Below, piece after piece: positions 1-8,816 of a stretch of DNA of 64,000 nucleotides. This stretch comes from Steroidobacteraceae bacterium (GTDB lineage: Bacteria > Pseudomonadota > Gammaproteobacteria > Steroidobacterales > Steroidobacteraceae): contig DATGIA010000019.1 in assembly GCA_035307465.1 (NCBI GenBank), forward strand, positions 6,905-70,904, in the 5' to 3' direction. Under the pieces are notes generated by a model. It saw nothing but the letters and a program-made list of their open reading frames with translations. It searched no databases and had not been told where the DNA came from. The position numbers and the translations under genes were made by a program. The number at the start of each line of letters is the position of its first letter. Position 1 is the stretch's first letter.

Positions 1-638
1 GAGACGACGTGCGCCACGCGGCGAATCATCGAGTCGCCGGCGGCGCGACCGAACGTCGAGTTGTAAACATCGAGCGCATCGATATCGATCGCGAACAGCG
101 CGATGCTGCGTTGCTCGCGCTGCGCGATGGCCCAGTCACGCTTGAGGAGCTCCTGCAGGTAGCTCAGCGTGTACAGTCCGGTCAGCCGATCATCGCGCAC
201 CGCGACCGCCGTCGGCTGGTGTGCGCCGCTCAAGGAGTCGCGCGGCAGCTTCGGATCGAGGCGCAAGCGGTCGCCCGCATCACGGTGATGTCCGGCAAAG
301 TAGCGCACCTGACCCTCGGCATCGCAGAGCGGGCGCACGGTGACCTCGTTCCAGAAGAGCGAGCCGTCCTTGCGATAATTACGCAGCAGCACCCGACAGG
401 CCTCCTGCGCCTTGAGCGCCTCGCGCAGGCGGTGCCGGCCGTCCTGCTCGCGATCATCTCCCTGCAGCAGCCGCAGGTTCTTGCCGATGAGCTCGGAGGT
501 CTCGTAGCCGGTGAGCGCTGCGAAGGCCGGATTCACGTACACCACCGGATGAGCGCCATCGCGCGCATCGACGAGCACCACCCCCTCGGGGGAGGTCTCG
601 AGCAGGCGCCGGTAAATCTCCCCATCAAGCGGCATCAT
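1..638 (-). CDS. Sensor diguanylate cyclase, 5' part only: LOV-type PAS domain followed by the beginning of a GGDEF domain (gene runs off the left edge)
   Basis: Not in the ORF track because no stop lies in the window. Hand translation of the reverse strand from ATG 638 (or 635) is open to position 1: MMPLDGEIYRRLLETSPEGVVLVDARDGAHPVVYVNPAFAALTGYETSELIGKNLRLLQGDDREQDGRHRLREALKAQEACRVLLRNYRKDGSLFWNEVTVRPLCDAEGQVRYFAGHHRDAGDR...DRLTGLYTLSYLQELLKRDWAIAQREQRSIALFAIDIDALDVYNSTFGRAAGDSMIRRVAHVV. The first part follows the YtvA/phototropin LOV core; the second follows the N-terminal pattern of GGDEF domains. Confidence 0.8.
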   Translation of the reverse strand, partial: MMPLDGEIYRRLLETSPEGVVLVDARDGAHPVVYVNPAFAALTGYETSELIGKNLRLLQGDDREQDGRHRLREALKAQEACRVLLRNYRKDGSLFWNEVTVRPLCDAEGQVRYFAGHHRDAGDRLRLDPKLPRDSLSGAHQPTAVAVRDDRLTGLYTLSYLQELLKRDWAIAQREQRSIALFAIDIDALDVYNSTFGRAAGDSMIRRVAHVV

Positions 639-1686
639 GGGGGCGCTCGGTCAATACGAGCGGCGGTGCGCTGCCGAGCTGCGCGATCCGCTCGACCGCC
701 TCCTGCCAGCTCGAGTCCCCGTCGAGGGAGGCGGGCGCGTCGCCGCGGGCCCGCATGCGCACGAGGCGCGCCTGGGAGGCCGGGTTCACGATATCGATGT
801 TCAGGCGATGGAGCAGCTCCTCGACCGCCGCACGATCGTTGCAGAGGGGCAAGACGTCGCAGCCGGCGGCGAGGGCCAGATGCGCGCGCTCGAGCATGCT
901 GCCGAAGGCCGCGGCTCCGGCCATCGACAGATCATCGGCAAATACACAGCCGTGAAATCCGAGCGAGCGGCGCAGAATGTCGTTGATCCAGCGCCGCGAC
1001 AAGCTCGCGGGCAGTGGATCGACCGCGGAGTAAACGACGTGCGCCGCCATCACGGCCGGGAGTTGATTCTCGATCAGCACGCGGTAGGGGCGCAGATCGG
1101 GCTCCAGGTCCGCAAACTCGCGCCGATCGACCGGCAGCGCGACGTGTGAATCGGCGACGACGGCGCCATGACCCGGGAAGTGCTTGGCGACCGCGGCCAT
1201 GCCGGCATCGCGAAGTCCGGACAGGCAGGCCACGGCGAGCGCGCCGACCACGTCGGGGTCGCGATGGAACGCCCGGTCGCCGATCACCTCGCTCACCCCG
1301 TAGTCGAGGTCGATGCAGGGGGTGAAGCTGAAATCCACGCCCACCGTGCGCAGCTCCCGCGCGAGCAGCCAGCCGAGCGAGCGTGCGATCCCGAGCGCAT
1401 CGCGCCGGTCCTCCTCGAAGCGCCGGCCGAGCAGGCGCGCCGGCGGCAGCCGGGTGAACCCGTCCCGGAAGCGCTGGACCCGGCCGCCCTCATGGTCGAC
1501 GGCGATCAGCAGCGAGGGGCTGCGCAAGGCCCGGATCTCGCGGGTGAGCGCGGCCACCTGCTCACGGCTCTGGTAGTTGCGGCTGAAGAGCAGCACGCTG
1601 CCGACGAGGGGATGCGAGAGCACCTCCCGGTCCTCCGGGCGCAGCTCCAAACCCGCCACATCGACCATCAGCGGGCCGAGGCTCAT
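625..1686 (-). CDS. nagZ: Beta-N-acetylhexosaminidase NagZ (peptidoglycan recycling)
   Basis: In-frame part of ORF 625..1869(-). GH3 motifs LLIAVDHEGGRVQRF, KHFPGHG, VFADDLSM. Start set at ATG 1686 (MSLGPLMVDV), which makes an ATGA overlap with the rlmD stop; the 61 upstream codons in the track overlap rlmD. Confidence 0.9.
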   Translation of the reverse strand: MSLGPLMVDVAGLELRPEDREVLSHPLVGSVLLFSRNYQSREQVAALTREIRALRSPSLLIAVDHEGGRVQRFRDGFTRLPPARLLGRRFEEDRRDALGIARSLGWLLARELRTVGVDFSFTPCIDLDYGVSEVIGDRAFHRDPDVVGALAVACLSGLRDAGMAAVAKHFPGHGAVVADSHVALPVDRREFADLEPDLRPYRVLIENQLPAVMAAHVVYSAVDPLPASLSRRWINDILRRSLGFHGCVFADDLSMAGAAAFGSMLERAHLALAAGCDVLPLCNDRAAVEELLHRLNIDIVNPASQARLVRMRARGDAPASLDGDSSWQEAVERIAQLGSAPPLVLTERPHDAA

Positions 1687-3005
1687 CGGCCGCCCGGGTC
1701 CCGGATGCGCTCGAACACCGCCATCGATTCGACGTGTGCCGTCTGTGGAAACATATCCATCACCCCTGCGCCGGTCAGCTCGTAACCCTTTGAGCCGACC
1801 AGCAAACCGGCGTCCCGCGCGAGACTGCCCGGGTGGCAGGAAATATACACGAGCCGCCTCGGGGCCCACTGTGCCATACGTTCCATGATTGACGCCGCGC
1901 CGGCCCGGGGAGGATCGAGCAGGACGAGGTCATGGCGCGCCTCCGCCCAGGGGCCGAGCGTCCCCTCCCCGAACAGGTCCGCGGCGGCGAACTCGACATT
2001 CGCGAGGCCGTTGCGCACCGCATTGGCCCGCGCCCGGCCGAGGAGCGCCGGATCCCCCTCGACCCCGAGCACCCGGGCCGCGCGCCGGGCGATGGGCAGT
2101 GTGAAATTGCCGACGCCGCAGAACAGGTCGAGCACCTGATCGGTGGGCCCGGGCGCGAGGCACTCGAGCGCCCGCGCGACCAGGGCGACATTGACCTCGC
2201 GATTCACCTGCACGAAGTCCAGGGGACCGAACTCGAGCACGACCCGGCCGCCGTCCAGGGCGTAGCTGAGCGGTGGTGGCGCGCCGAGCGGGACCACGCT
2301 CGCGGGACCGGCCGGCTGCAGATAGACGCCGACCCCGTGCTCGGCCCCGAACCGCTCGAGCGCCGCAAGATCCTGCGCGCTCGGCTCCTGCATCACCCGG
2401 AACACGAGCGCCGCCGCCGCATCGCCGGCGGCGAGCTCGACCTGCGGCAGGCGCTCGCGCAGGCTGAGCGATTCGACGAGCTCCGCAAGCGCCGCCGGCA
2501 GAGTGGCAAAGCGCTCGATGAGCGTCTCGCAGCGCTTCACGTCGGCGATGTAGGGCTTGTCGCGCTCGCGAAAGCCGGCGAGCACACGCCCCTTCTTGTG
2601 GACGAACCTCACACCGAGGCGGGCGCGCCGCCGATACGCGAAAGGTGGTCCGACGAGCGGCTCCAGGACCTGCCGGGGACGCACCTGGCCGATGCGCGCC
2701 AGCGTCTCGAGAAGCTGTTGCTGCTTCGCCTGAAGCTGCGCCGCGGGCGCGAGGTGCTGCAAGGTGCAGCCGCCGCAGATGCCGAAGTGCGCACAGCGCG
2801 GGCTCACCCGATCGGCGGAGGGCTCGAGCACCTCGAGAAGCTCGGCCTCATCGAGCTGGCGGCGCGCCTTGCGCACACGAAAACGCACCCGCTCGCCGGG
2901 CAGCGCGCCCTCGATGAAAACCGCCTTGCCCTCCACCCGGGCGATGCCGCGACCGTCCTGCGCGAGGTCCGCCACGCGCGTCTCGCCACACTCGCCGGAC
3001 TTCAA
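1683..3005 (-). CDS. rlmD: 23S rRNA (uracil-C5)-methyltransferase RlmD/RumA
   Basis: ORF 1683..3005(-), 440 aa. TRAM-like N-terminus (GRGIARVEGKAVFIEGALPGERV), Fe-S cysteines (RCAHFGICGGCTLQH), SAM-methyltransferase motifs (VLDLFCGVGNFTLP, YISCHPGSLARD). The first codon is TTG, directly abutting the TAG of the upstream gene, so the exact start is uncertain. Confidence 0.9.
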   Translation of the reverse strand: MKSGECGETRVADLAQDGRGIARVEGKAVFIEGALPGERVRFRVRKARRQLDEAELLEVLEPSADRVSPRCAHFGICGGCTLQHLAPAAQLQAKQQQLLETLARIGQVRPRQVLEPLVGPPFAYRRRARLGVRFVHKKGRVLAGFRERDKPYIADVKRCETLIERFATLPAALAELVESLSLRERLPQVELAAGDAAAALVFRVMQEPSAQDLAALERFGAEHGVGVYLQPAGPASVVPLGAPPPLSYALDGGRVVLEFGPLDFVQVNREVNVALVARALECLAPGPTDQVLDLFCGVGNFTLPIARRAARVLGVEGDPALLGRARANAVRNGLANVEFAAADLFGEGTLGPWAEARHDLVLLDPPRAGAASIMERMAQWAPRRLVYISCHPGSLARDAGLLVGSKGYELTGAGVMDMFPQTAHVESMAVFERIRDPGGR

Positions 3006-3818
3006 CTACGCTCCGCCCGTCGCGCTCGGGGGCTCGGGCACCACGCTCCAGGCGGTCGCGAACTCCTTGAGATGAGCGGCCGGCGATTCGGCGAGCAGGT
3101 GACGCACGCGCTCGATCTCCTCGGCGTGCTCCTCGGCGCTCAATCGTCCGCGCAGCAGCTCGAAGCGCAGGTAGACCAGATAGGTGTTGAGCGCATCGGT
3201 CTCGCAATAGTCGCGGATGCGCTTCAGGTCTCCGGCCAGGTAGGCGGGCCAGACCTGGCTGCCGTGCATGCCGAGCTTGCCGGGCAACCCCAGCAGGTGC
3301 GCGATGTCGGTGAGGCTTGCGCGGCCGCGCACCTGGAAGCCGGACAAGATATCCATGAGATCCATGTGCCGCCAGTGAAAACGGCTGAAATAATTGCTGT
3401 AGCGAAAGCTCGAGTCGGCCTCGCCCGATTCCCAGTAACGCGCGGCCGTGATGCTGTGCAGGAGGGAGCGATAATGCAGCACCGGCAGATCGAAGCCGCC
3501 GCCGTTCCAGGAAACGAGGTCGGGCGTGAATCGCTCGAGCCCGTCGAAGAACCGCTCGATCAGATCCTTCTCCGAAGAGCTCTCCTCGCCGAGGCTCCAC
3601 ATCCTCAAAGTCTCCCGCGAGCGCATCACCACCGAGATGGCGACCACCCGATGCTGCTCGAGCGAGAGGAACTCGCTGCCGGTCTCCTGGCGCCGTTTGG
3701 TGAACATGATCTGCGCAACCTGGGCATCCGAGAGTCCTCGCAGTCCATGGACGCGCCGGCCAAGATCGGTGTCGGGCACCGTCTCGAGGTCGAAGACCAG
3801 CGTGTTCAGGGAGCGCAC
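3006..3818 (-). CDS. Stand-alone 3'-5' exonuclease related to the exonuclease domain of family-B DNA polymerases
   Basis: ORF 3006..3818(-), 270 aa, GTG start. DEDD-type pattern LVFDLETVPD ... VSWNGGGFDLPVL ... DYCETDALNTY, as I recall for the COG3298-type PolB-like exonuclease family. Confidence 0.75.
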   Translation of the reverse strand: MRSLNTLVFDLETVPDTDLGRRVHGLRGLSDAQVAQIMFTKRRQETGSEFLSLEQHRVVAISVVMRSRETLRMWSLGEESSSEKDLIERFFDGLERFTPDLVSWNGGGFDLPVLHYRSLLHSITAARYWESGEADSSFRYSNYFSRFHWRHMDLMDILSGFQVRGRASLTDIAHLLGLPGKLGMHGSQVWPAYLAGDLKRIRDYCETDALNTYLVYLRFELLRGRLSAEEHAEEIERVRHLLAESPAAHLKEFATAWSVVPEPPSATGGA

Positions 3819-4237
3819 GCGGGACCGTCGGCGCCCGGGATCGGGCCAGGGCGGCCGTTCGCCCGCATCAGCACGGCGACGGCCACGACGAGCCCCGCCT
3901 CATCGGTGAGCGTCACGTGACCCTCGCCGATGCCGAGCTCATCACGCACCCGCGCGCCGCGCGCCGAGTACACGACCTCGGGCTTTCCCCAGCGGTTCTG
4001 CACGATTCCCACGTCGCGAATCCACACGCCGTGCGCAAAGCCCGTGCCCATCCCCTTGACGATCGCTTCCTTGGCGGCGAAGCGCATGGCAACGAACCGC
4101 ACCGGGCGGGCCGTGCGCTCGAGCTGCGCGCGCTCCTCGGGCATCAACAGGTGCCCGAGGAAGCGCTCACCGTGGCGCGCCATCACCCGCTCGATGCGCT
4201 CCACCTGCAGCACGTCGATGCCGATGCCGAAGATCAT
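3806..4237 (-). CDS. acpS: Holo-[acyl-carrier-protein] synthase
   Basis: Last 143 codons of ORF 3806..5017(-): [18 protein letters not shown]...[12 protein letters not shown]...GKPEVV. ATG 4237 forms an ATGA overlap with the pdxJ stop. The upstream part of the track ORF is an alternative frame over pdxJ. Confidence 0.9.
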   Translation of the reverse strand: MIFGIGIDVLQVERIERVMARHGERFLGHLLMPEERAQLERTARPVRFVAMRFAAKEAIVKGMGTGFAHGVWIRDVGIVQNRWGKPEVVYSARGARVRDELGIGEGHVTLTDEAGLVVAVAVLMRANGRPGPIPGADGPACAP

Positions 4238-4971
4238 CGCGCCGCAAGCATGAGGTCTTTCATCTCGCGCACCGCGCGCGCGAGTCCGTCGAACACGGCG
4301 CGCGCGATGATCGCATGACCGATGTTGAGCTCCACGATTTCCGCGATGGCGGCGATGGGTGCGACGTTGTGATAGTGGAGCCCGTGTCCTGCGTTCACGA
4401 CGAGGCCGAGCGAGGCGGCGAGCTGCGCCGCGGATCGCACCCGCTCGAGCTCGCGCCCGCGCGCGCCGCCCGATGCATTCGCATAAGTGCCGGTGTGCAG
4501 CTCGATGACCGGTGCGCCGACGCCGCGCGCCGCCTCGACCTGAGCCGCATCCGGATCGATGAACAGCGACACCCGCACTCCGGCGGCGGCCAGCGTGCGA
4601 CAGGCCTCGGCCACGCGTCCCGGATGCCCGGCCACATCGAGCCCGCCTTCGGTGGTGACCTCCTCGCGCGATTCGGGCACGAGGCAGCAGTCCTGCGGAC
4701 GCACCTCCTCCGCGATGCGCAGCATCTCCGCCGTCACCGCCATCTCGAGATTCATGCGGGTCTTGAGCAGCTCGCGCAGCAACCGCACGTCGCGGTCCTG
4801 GATGTGTCGGCGATCCTCTCGCAGGTGCAGCGTGATGCTGTCGGCACCGGACTGCTCGGCGAGGAGCGCGGCGTGCACGGGATCCGGATAGTCGATGCGC
4901 CGCGCCTGCCGCAGCGTCGCCACATGATCGATGTTCACCCCGAGCGCGATGCTCCCGTGGTGCGCGCTCAT
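4234..4971 (-). CDS. pdxJ: Pyridoxine 5'-phosphate synthase
   Basis: ORF 4234..4971(-), 245 aa. [40 protein letters not shown]. Confidence 0.95.
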   Translation of the reverse strand: MSAHHGSIALGVNIDHVATLRQARRIDYPDPVHAALLAEQSGADSITLHLREDRRHIQDRDVRLLRELLKTRMNLEMAVTAEMLRIAEEVRPQDCCLVPESREEVTTEGGLDVAGHPGRVAEACRTLAAAGVRVSLFIDPDAAQVEAARGVGAPVIELHTGTYANASGGARGRELERVRSAAQLAASLGLVVNAGHGLHYHNVAPIAAIAEIVELNIGHAIIARAVFDGLARAVREMKDLMLAAR

Positions 4972-5699
4972 CGCGGATCCGCCGTCTCGCGCCGCTTAAG
5001 GGCCGCAAGGATCTCACGCGTTTTCAGCGGCCGGCCATCGAGGCACGCCTCGAGTGCGCCGCGCAATACGCGCTTCGCATCCTTGAGCGTGCGCGGATCA
5101 TCGAAGCTCTCCTCGCGCAGACGCTCGAGCGAGCGCCCGTACACCGCGCCCGGTGCCTCGGCGATGCAGGGGACGGGTCCGCGCTGCGGGGCCATCCGAT
5201 AATAGCCCTCGGGATCGACCCGCTCACCCGACTCGGTGCGGCCGAGCTCGAGGCCATAGCCCAGGTCCTCGAGCAGGCGTTTCTCGAAGCGCCGCAGAGT
5301 GGCCTCCTCCCCCGCCCCGCCGGCGAGGGCGGTGATGCAGGTCGCATAGGACAGAAAGATCTCCGGATGCGGATCGCCGCGCTCGGTCAGCTTGAGCAGA
5401 AGCTCATTGAGATAGAACCCGCTCATCAGGCGCTCGGTGGCGAGCCGGGTAACCTCGCCGTCGACCTCCGCCGATACCAGCTGCCCCGCCTCGCTCCGCT
5501 GCGTCCAGGAGACGAGCAGGCGCTGAAACGGGCGCAGCACGCCCTTGAGGGCCGAGCGCGGGGCGGCCAGGCCGCGGGCGAACAGCGTGAGGCGACCCTG
5601 ATCGGCCGTGAATACCTCGACGATGCGGCTGGTGTCGCGGTAGGCATATTGGTGCAAGACGTAGGCCGGAGCGAGCCATACGCGTCGCGTGCTCTTCAC
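4968..5699 (-). CDS. recO: DNA repair protein RecO
   Basis: Part of ORF 4968..5795(-). [20 protein letters not shown]...LFARG matches the RecO N-terminal OB fold. Start placed at GTG 5699 (GTGA overlap with the era stop), giving about 243 aa; the start is inferred. Confidence 0.85.
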   Translation of the reverse strand: MKSTRRVWLAPAYVLHQYAYRDTSRIVEVFTADQGRLTLFARGLAAPRSALKGVLRPFQRLLVSWTQRSEAGQLVSAEVDGEVTRLATERLMSGFYLNELLLKLTERGDPHPEIFLSYATCITALAGGAGEEATLRRFEKRLLEDLGYGLELGRTESGERVDPEGYYRMAPQRGPVPCIAEAPGAVYGRSLERLREESFDDPRTLKDAKRVLRGALEACLDGRPLKTREILAALKRRETADPR

Positions 5700-6595
5700 A
5701 ACGTGTCGTATCCAAACTGGCGCAACGCCATCTCGTTGTCCGCCCAATTCTCCTTGACTTTGACCCAAAGCTCCAGATGCACCGGCCGCTGCCACAGATC
5801 GTTGAGCTCGATGCGCGCCAGGCGGCCGATCTCCTTCAGCCGCTCGCCCCCCTGGCCGATGACGATCGCTTTCTGGCTGGCGCGCTCGACCCAGATGACG
5901 GCGTTGATGAGGGTGCGCTCGCGCTCCTCGACGAAGCGCTCGATCTGCACGTTGATGCCGTAGGGCAATTCCTCGCGCAGCTTGAGGGTGAGCTTTTCGC
6001 GAATCACCTCGGCGGCATGGAAAGGCTCATCGCGATCGGTGAGCACATCGGGCGCGAACAGCGCCGGCGCCACCGGCAGCCGCTCGGCGGTGAGATTCAC
6101 CAGCCGGTCGAGGTTATCGGCCTCGAGGGCCGAGACGGGCACGATCTCGGAGGCCGGCACCCGCTCGGCAATGTGCTCGAGAAAGGGCAGCAGCTCTTCG
6201 CGCGGCTGGACCCGATCGACCTTGTTGACGACGAGGAAGAGCGGCTGCTTCAGTCCCCGCACCCGCTCCCAGACCCAGACGTCCTCGTCGGAGAAGCGCA
6301 TCGCCTCGATGACGAACAGGATCACGTCGGCATCGCGCGAAGAGGAGATCGCCACCCGGTTCATGTACTGATTCATGATGCGTCGGGTCGACTCGTGCAA
6401 GCCCGGGGTATCGACCAGCACCAGCTGGGCATGCGGGCGGTTGACCACGCCGAGGATGCGGTGCCGCGTCGTCTGAGGCTTGGCCGTGACGATCGTGATC
6501 TTGCGGCCGACCAGGGCATTGACGAGGGTGGATTTGCCGACGTTCGGCCGGCCGACGATCGCCACCGTGCCGGCGCGGAAAGGGGAATTGCTCAT
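5696..6595 (-). CDS. era: GTPase Era
   Basis: ORF 5696..6595(-), 299 aa. G1 GRPNVGKST, G3 DTPG, G4 NKVD, C-terminal KH domain. ATGA overlap with rnc. Confidence 0.97.
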   Translation of the reverse strand: MSNSPFRAGTVAIVGRPNVGKSTLVNALVGRKITIVTAKPQTTRHRILGVVNRPHAQLVLVDTPGLHESTRRIMNQYMNRVAISSSRDADVILFVIEAMRFSDEDVWVWERVRGLKQPLFLVVNKVDRVQPREELLPFLEHIAERVPASEIVPVSALEADNLDRLVNLTAERLPVAPALFAPDVLTDRDEPFHAAEVIREKLTLKLREELPYGINVQIERFVEERERTLINAVIWVERASQKAIVIGQGGERLKEIGRLARIELNDLWQRPVHLELWVKVKENWADNEMALRQFGYDTL

Positions 6596-7332
6596 GTTCG
6601 CTTCGATGACTCCGAGGCCAGGGGTGCGGCCGGCAGCGTCTCGCGCGGCAGCTGCTCGAGCAGCAGACGCGCTGCATGCTGCTCGGCCCGCCGCCGACTG
6701 CTGCCTTCGCCGGCGGCGCTGAGCTTCAACGCCGGAACCTCGCAGGTCACCGCGAAGGATTGCCGGTGGGCATCGCCGAGTACGGCGGTGAGAGAGTAGG
6801 TCGGAAGGGCGATCCCGTGGGCCTGCAGCACCTCCTGCAGCAGAGTCTTCGGGTCCTTCAGGCTCTGCGCCGAGGGCAGATCCTCGAGACGCCGGCCGAG
6901 GATGCGCTGGACCACGCGGGCCGCGGCATCGAATCCCGAATCGAGGTAGATGGCGCCGATCAAGGCCTCGAGCGCATCGGCGAGAATCGAGGCGCGGCGC
7001 GAGCCGCCGGTGCGCAGCTCCCCCGGACCGAGCTTGAGGTGGTGGCCAAGACCGATCTCGGCGGCCACCGCCGCGAGCGTCTCGCCGCTCACCAGGGTCG
7101 CGCGCAGCCGTGACAGCGCGCCCTCATCGGCGTGCGGATGGGCATCGTAAAGCAGGCGCGCCACGCTGCAGTTGAGAACCGAATCGCCGAGAAATTCCAG
7201 CCGCTCATTGTGGTCGCCGCCCACGCTGCGGTGCGTGAGCGCCGCGTGCGCCAGGGATTCATCCCCGAACGCATATCCGAGCGCACTGTCGCTCCAGACG
7301 AGCAGAGGATCGATCTTGGGCTTCGGGATCAC
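6592..7332 (-). CDS. rnc: Ribonuclease III
   Basis: Part of ORF 6592..7797(-). Signature NERLEFLGDSVLN plus a dsRNA-binding domain (DPKTLLQEVLQ...). Start at GTG 7332 (VIPKPKIDPL) gives a GTGA overlap with the upstream DUF4845 stop. Confidence 0.92.
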   Translation of the reverse strand: MIPKPKIDPLLVWSDSALGYAFGDESLAHAALTHRSVGGDHNERLEFLGDSVLNCSVARLLYDAHPHADEGALSRLRATLVSGETLAAVAAEIGLGHHLKLGPGELRTGGSRRASILADALEALIGAIYLDSGFDAAARVVQRILGRRLEDLPSAQSLKDPKTLLQEVLQAHGIALPTYSLTAVLGDAHRQSFAVTCEVPALKLSAAGEGSSRRRAEQHAARLLLEQLPRETLPAAPLASESSKRT

Positions 7333-7694
7333 TGCACCTTCACGGTTTTGTCGAAGTGTACCGAGAGTGAGACGTTCGAGATGTAGGGGACCGCGTGATC
7401 GTAGGCCACGTGCATGCTGACCAGGCCGGCCTCGTCCTTGTTGAACTCGACATCCTTGGCCTCCACCGCATCGACGTCCTCGATCTGCCAGTGCTTCTCG
7501 AGCGAGCGGCGCATGCCCTGCAGATCCGGATTCTCGCTCTTGAAGTCGCCCGCCGCGGCCTCCATGCTGCGTGCGACCTTGAGATAGTTGAGGTACACGG
7601 GGGTCAGACGCACCCCGGCGTATCCGATCACACCGGCCATCGCAAGCACGCACAGCAAGCCGACGAAAGTCATGCCCTGTTGACGCTGTCTCAT
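7329..7694 (-). CDS. DUF4845-type small membrane-anchored protein (conserved between lepB and rnc in many gammaproteobacteria)
   Basis: ORF 7329..7694(-), 121 aa. One N-terminal TM helix (MTFVGLLCVLAMAGVIGYAGV). GGGAGGG Shine-Dalgarno 4 nt upstream of the ATG. Position between lepB and rnc. Confidence 0.8.
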   Translation of the reverse strand: MRQRQQGMTFVGLLCVLAMAGVIGYAGVRLTPVYLNYLKVARSMEAAAGDFKSENPDLQGMRRSLEKHWQIEDVDAVEAKDVEFNKDEAGLVSMHVAYDHAVPYISNVSLSVHFDKTVKVQ

Positions 7695-7753
7695 AAACCC
7701 TCCCTACTGCGGCCTGGCCGCGCGATGAGTTGCGGGCCGAGTACGCCGACTCT

Positions 7754-8773
7754 CTATTGAATCGCATTCCCGATGCGTTTCCAGAGAGGTCCGTCACGAG
7801 TATCGAGATTAAGCCAGATCCGCACGGCCTTGCCGACGAGGTTTTCCTCCGGGACGAACCCCGGGGCGTCCGGATCCCCCTGCCAGCGGCTGTCCTTGCT
7901 GTTGTTGCGGTTGTCGCCCATGAAGAAATAATGATGCGCGGGCACCACCCACTCGCCGCTGCGCACGCCGCTGCGGGCGAACATGATTTCGTGTCGATGC
8001 TGGCCGAGCTGCTCGTAGGCGGTGGGGACGCCGAAATAGTTGGGTTGGTATTGCTTGGGTCCGGTGTAGGTCGGCCCCGGTTGCTGCGGCTGCGGCACCC
8101 CGTTCACATAGAGCTGATTCGCCTCATCGACGCGGATCCAATCCCCGGGGAGGCCGACCAGACGCTTGATGTAGTTGATCTTGGGGTTGGGGGGCAGGCG
8201 AAAGACGATCACATCCCCGCGCTGCGGGGTGCCGGTTGGAAGAATGAGGGTGTTGACGACCGGCAGGCGCAGACCGTAGGAGTACTTGCTCACGAAGATG
8301 AAATCGCCGTCGAACAGCGTCGGCATCATCGAGTCGGAGGGAATCCTGAAGGGCTCGAACAGGAAGGAGCGGATGACGAGCACGAGCACGATGACCGGGA
8401 AGAAGGAGCGCGTATACTCGACGGCGATCGGCTCGCGCACCCGATCGGGCGTCGTACCGGCGCGCAGCGCGGTCGCCGTCCGGCGCCGCGCGAAGAAGGC
8501 CTGATCGAGTCCCCAGATCACCCCGGACAGCATCCCCACGATCACCAGCATCACGCTGAAATCGACGGCGTCGTAGCGGAACATTCTGAAGAGGAGCGCC
8601 GCGGCGAGCAGCACCAGCGCATAGCCCGCGAGGCGCGGCAGAAGCGGCTCCTCGATGCTGGTGGCGCCCGGATCGCGCTGCGGGCGGAAGAGCCAGCCGT
8701 CGACGAGAATGACACCCACGCACACGATGGCCGCGCACAAAAGGCCGATGAAAAGGCTGTCGCCATCCGTCAC
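7754..8773 (-). CDS. lepB: Signal peptidase I
   Basis: ORF 7754..8773(-), 339 aa, GTG start with AAGGGGA SD. Catalytic Ser box IPSDSMMPTL, Lys box YIKRLVGLPGD, box E FFMGDNRNNSKDSR. Confidence 0.95.
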   Translation of the reverse strand: MTDGDSLFIGLLCAAIVCVGVILVDGWLFRPQRDPGATSIEEPLLPRLAGYALVLLAAALLFRMFRYDAVDFSVMLVIVGMLSGVIWGLDQAFFARRRTATALRAGTTPDRVREPIAVEYTRSFFPVIVLVLVIRSFLFEPFRIPSDSMMPTLFDGDFIFVSKYSYGLRLPVVNTLILPTGTPQRGDVIVFRLPPNPKINYIKRLVGLPGDWIRVDEANQLYVNGVPQPQQPGPTYTGPKQYQPNYFGVPTAYEQLGQHRHEIMFARSGVRSGEWVVPAHHYFFMGDNRNNSKDSRWQGDPDAPGFVPEENLVGKAVRIWLNLDTRDGPLWKRIGNAIQ

Positions 8774-8816
8774 GATCGATCCCCTTGGGAGCTCGAGGCT
8801 TGAGTCCGGTCCGGCA

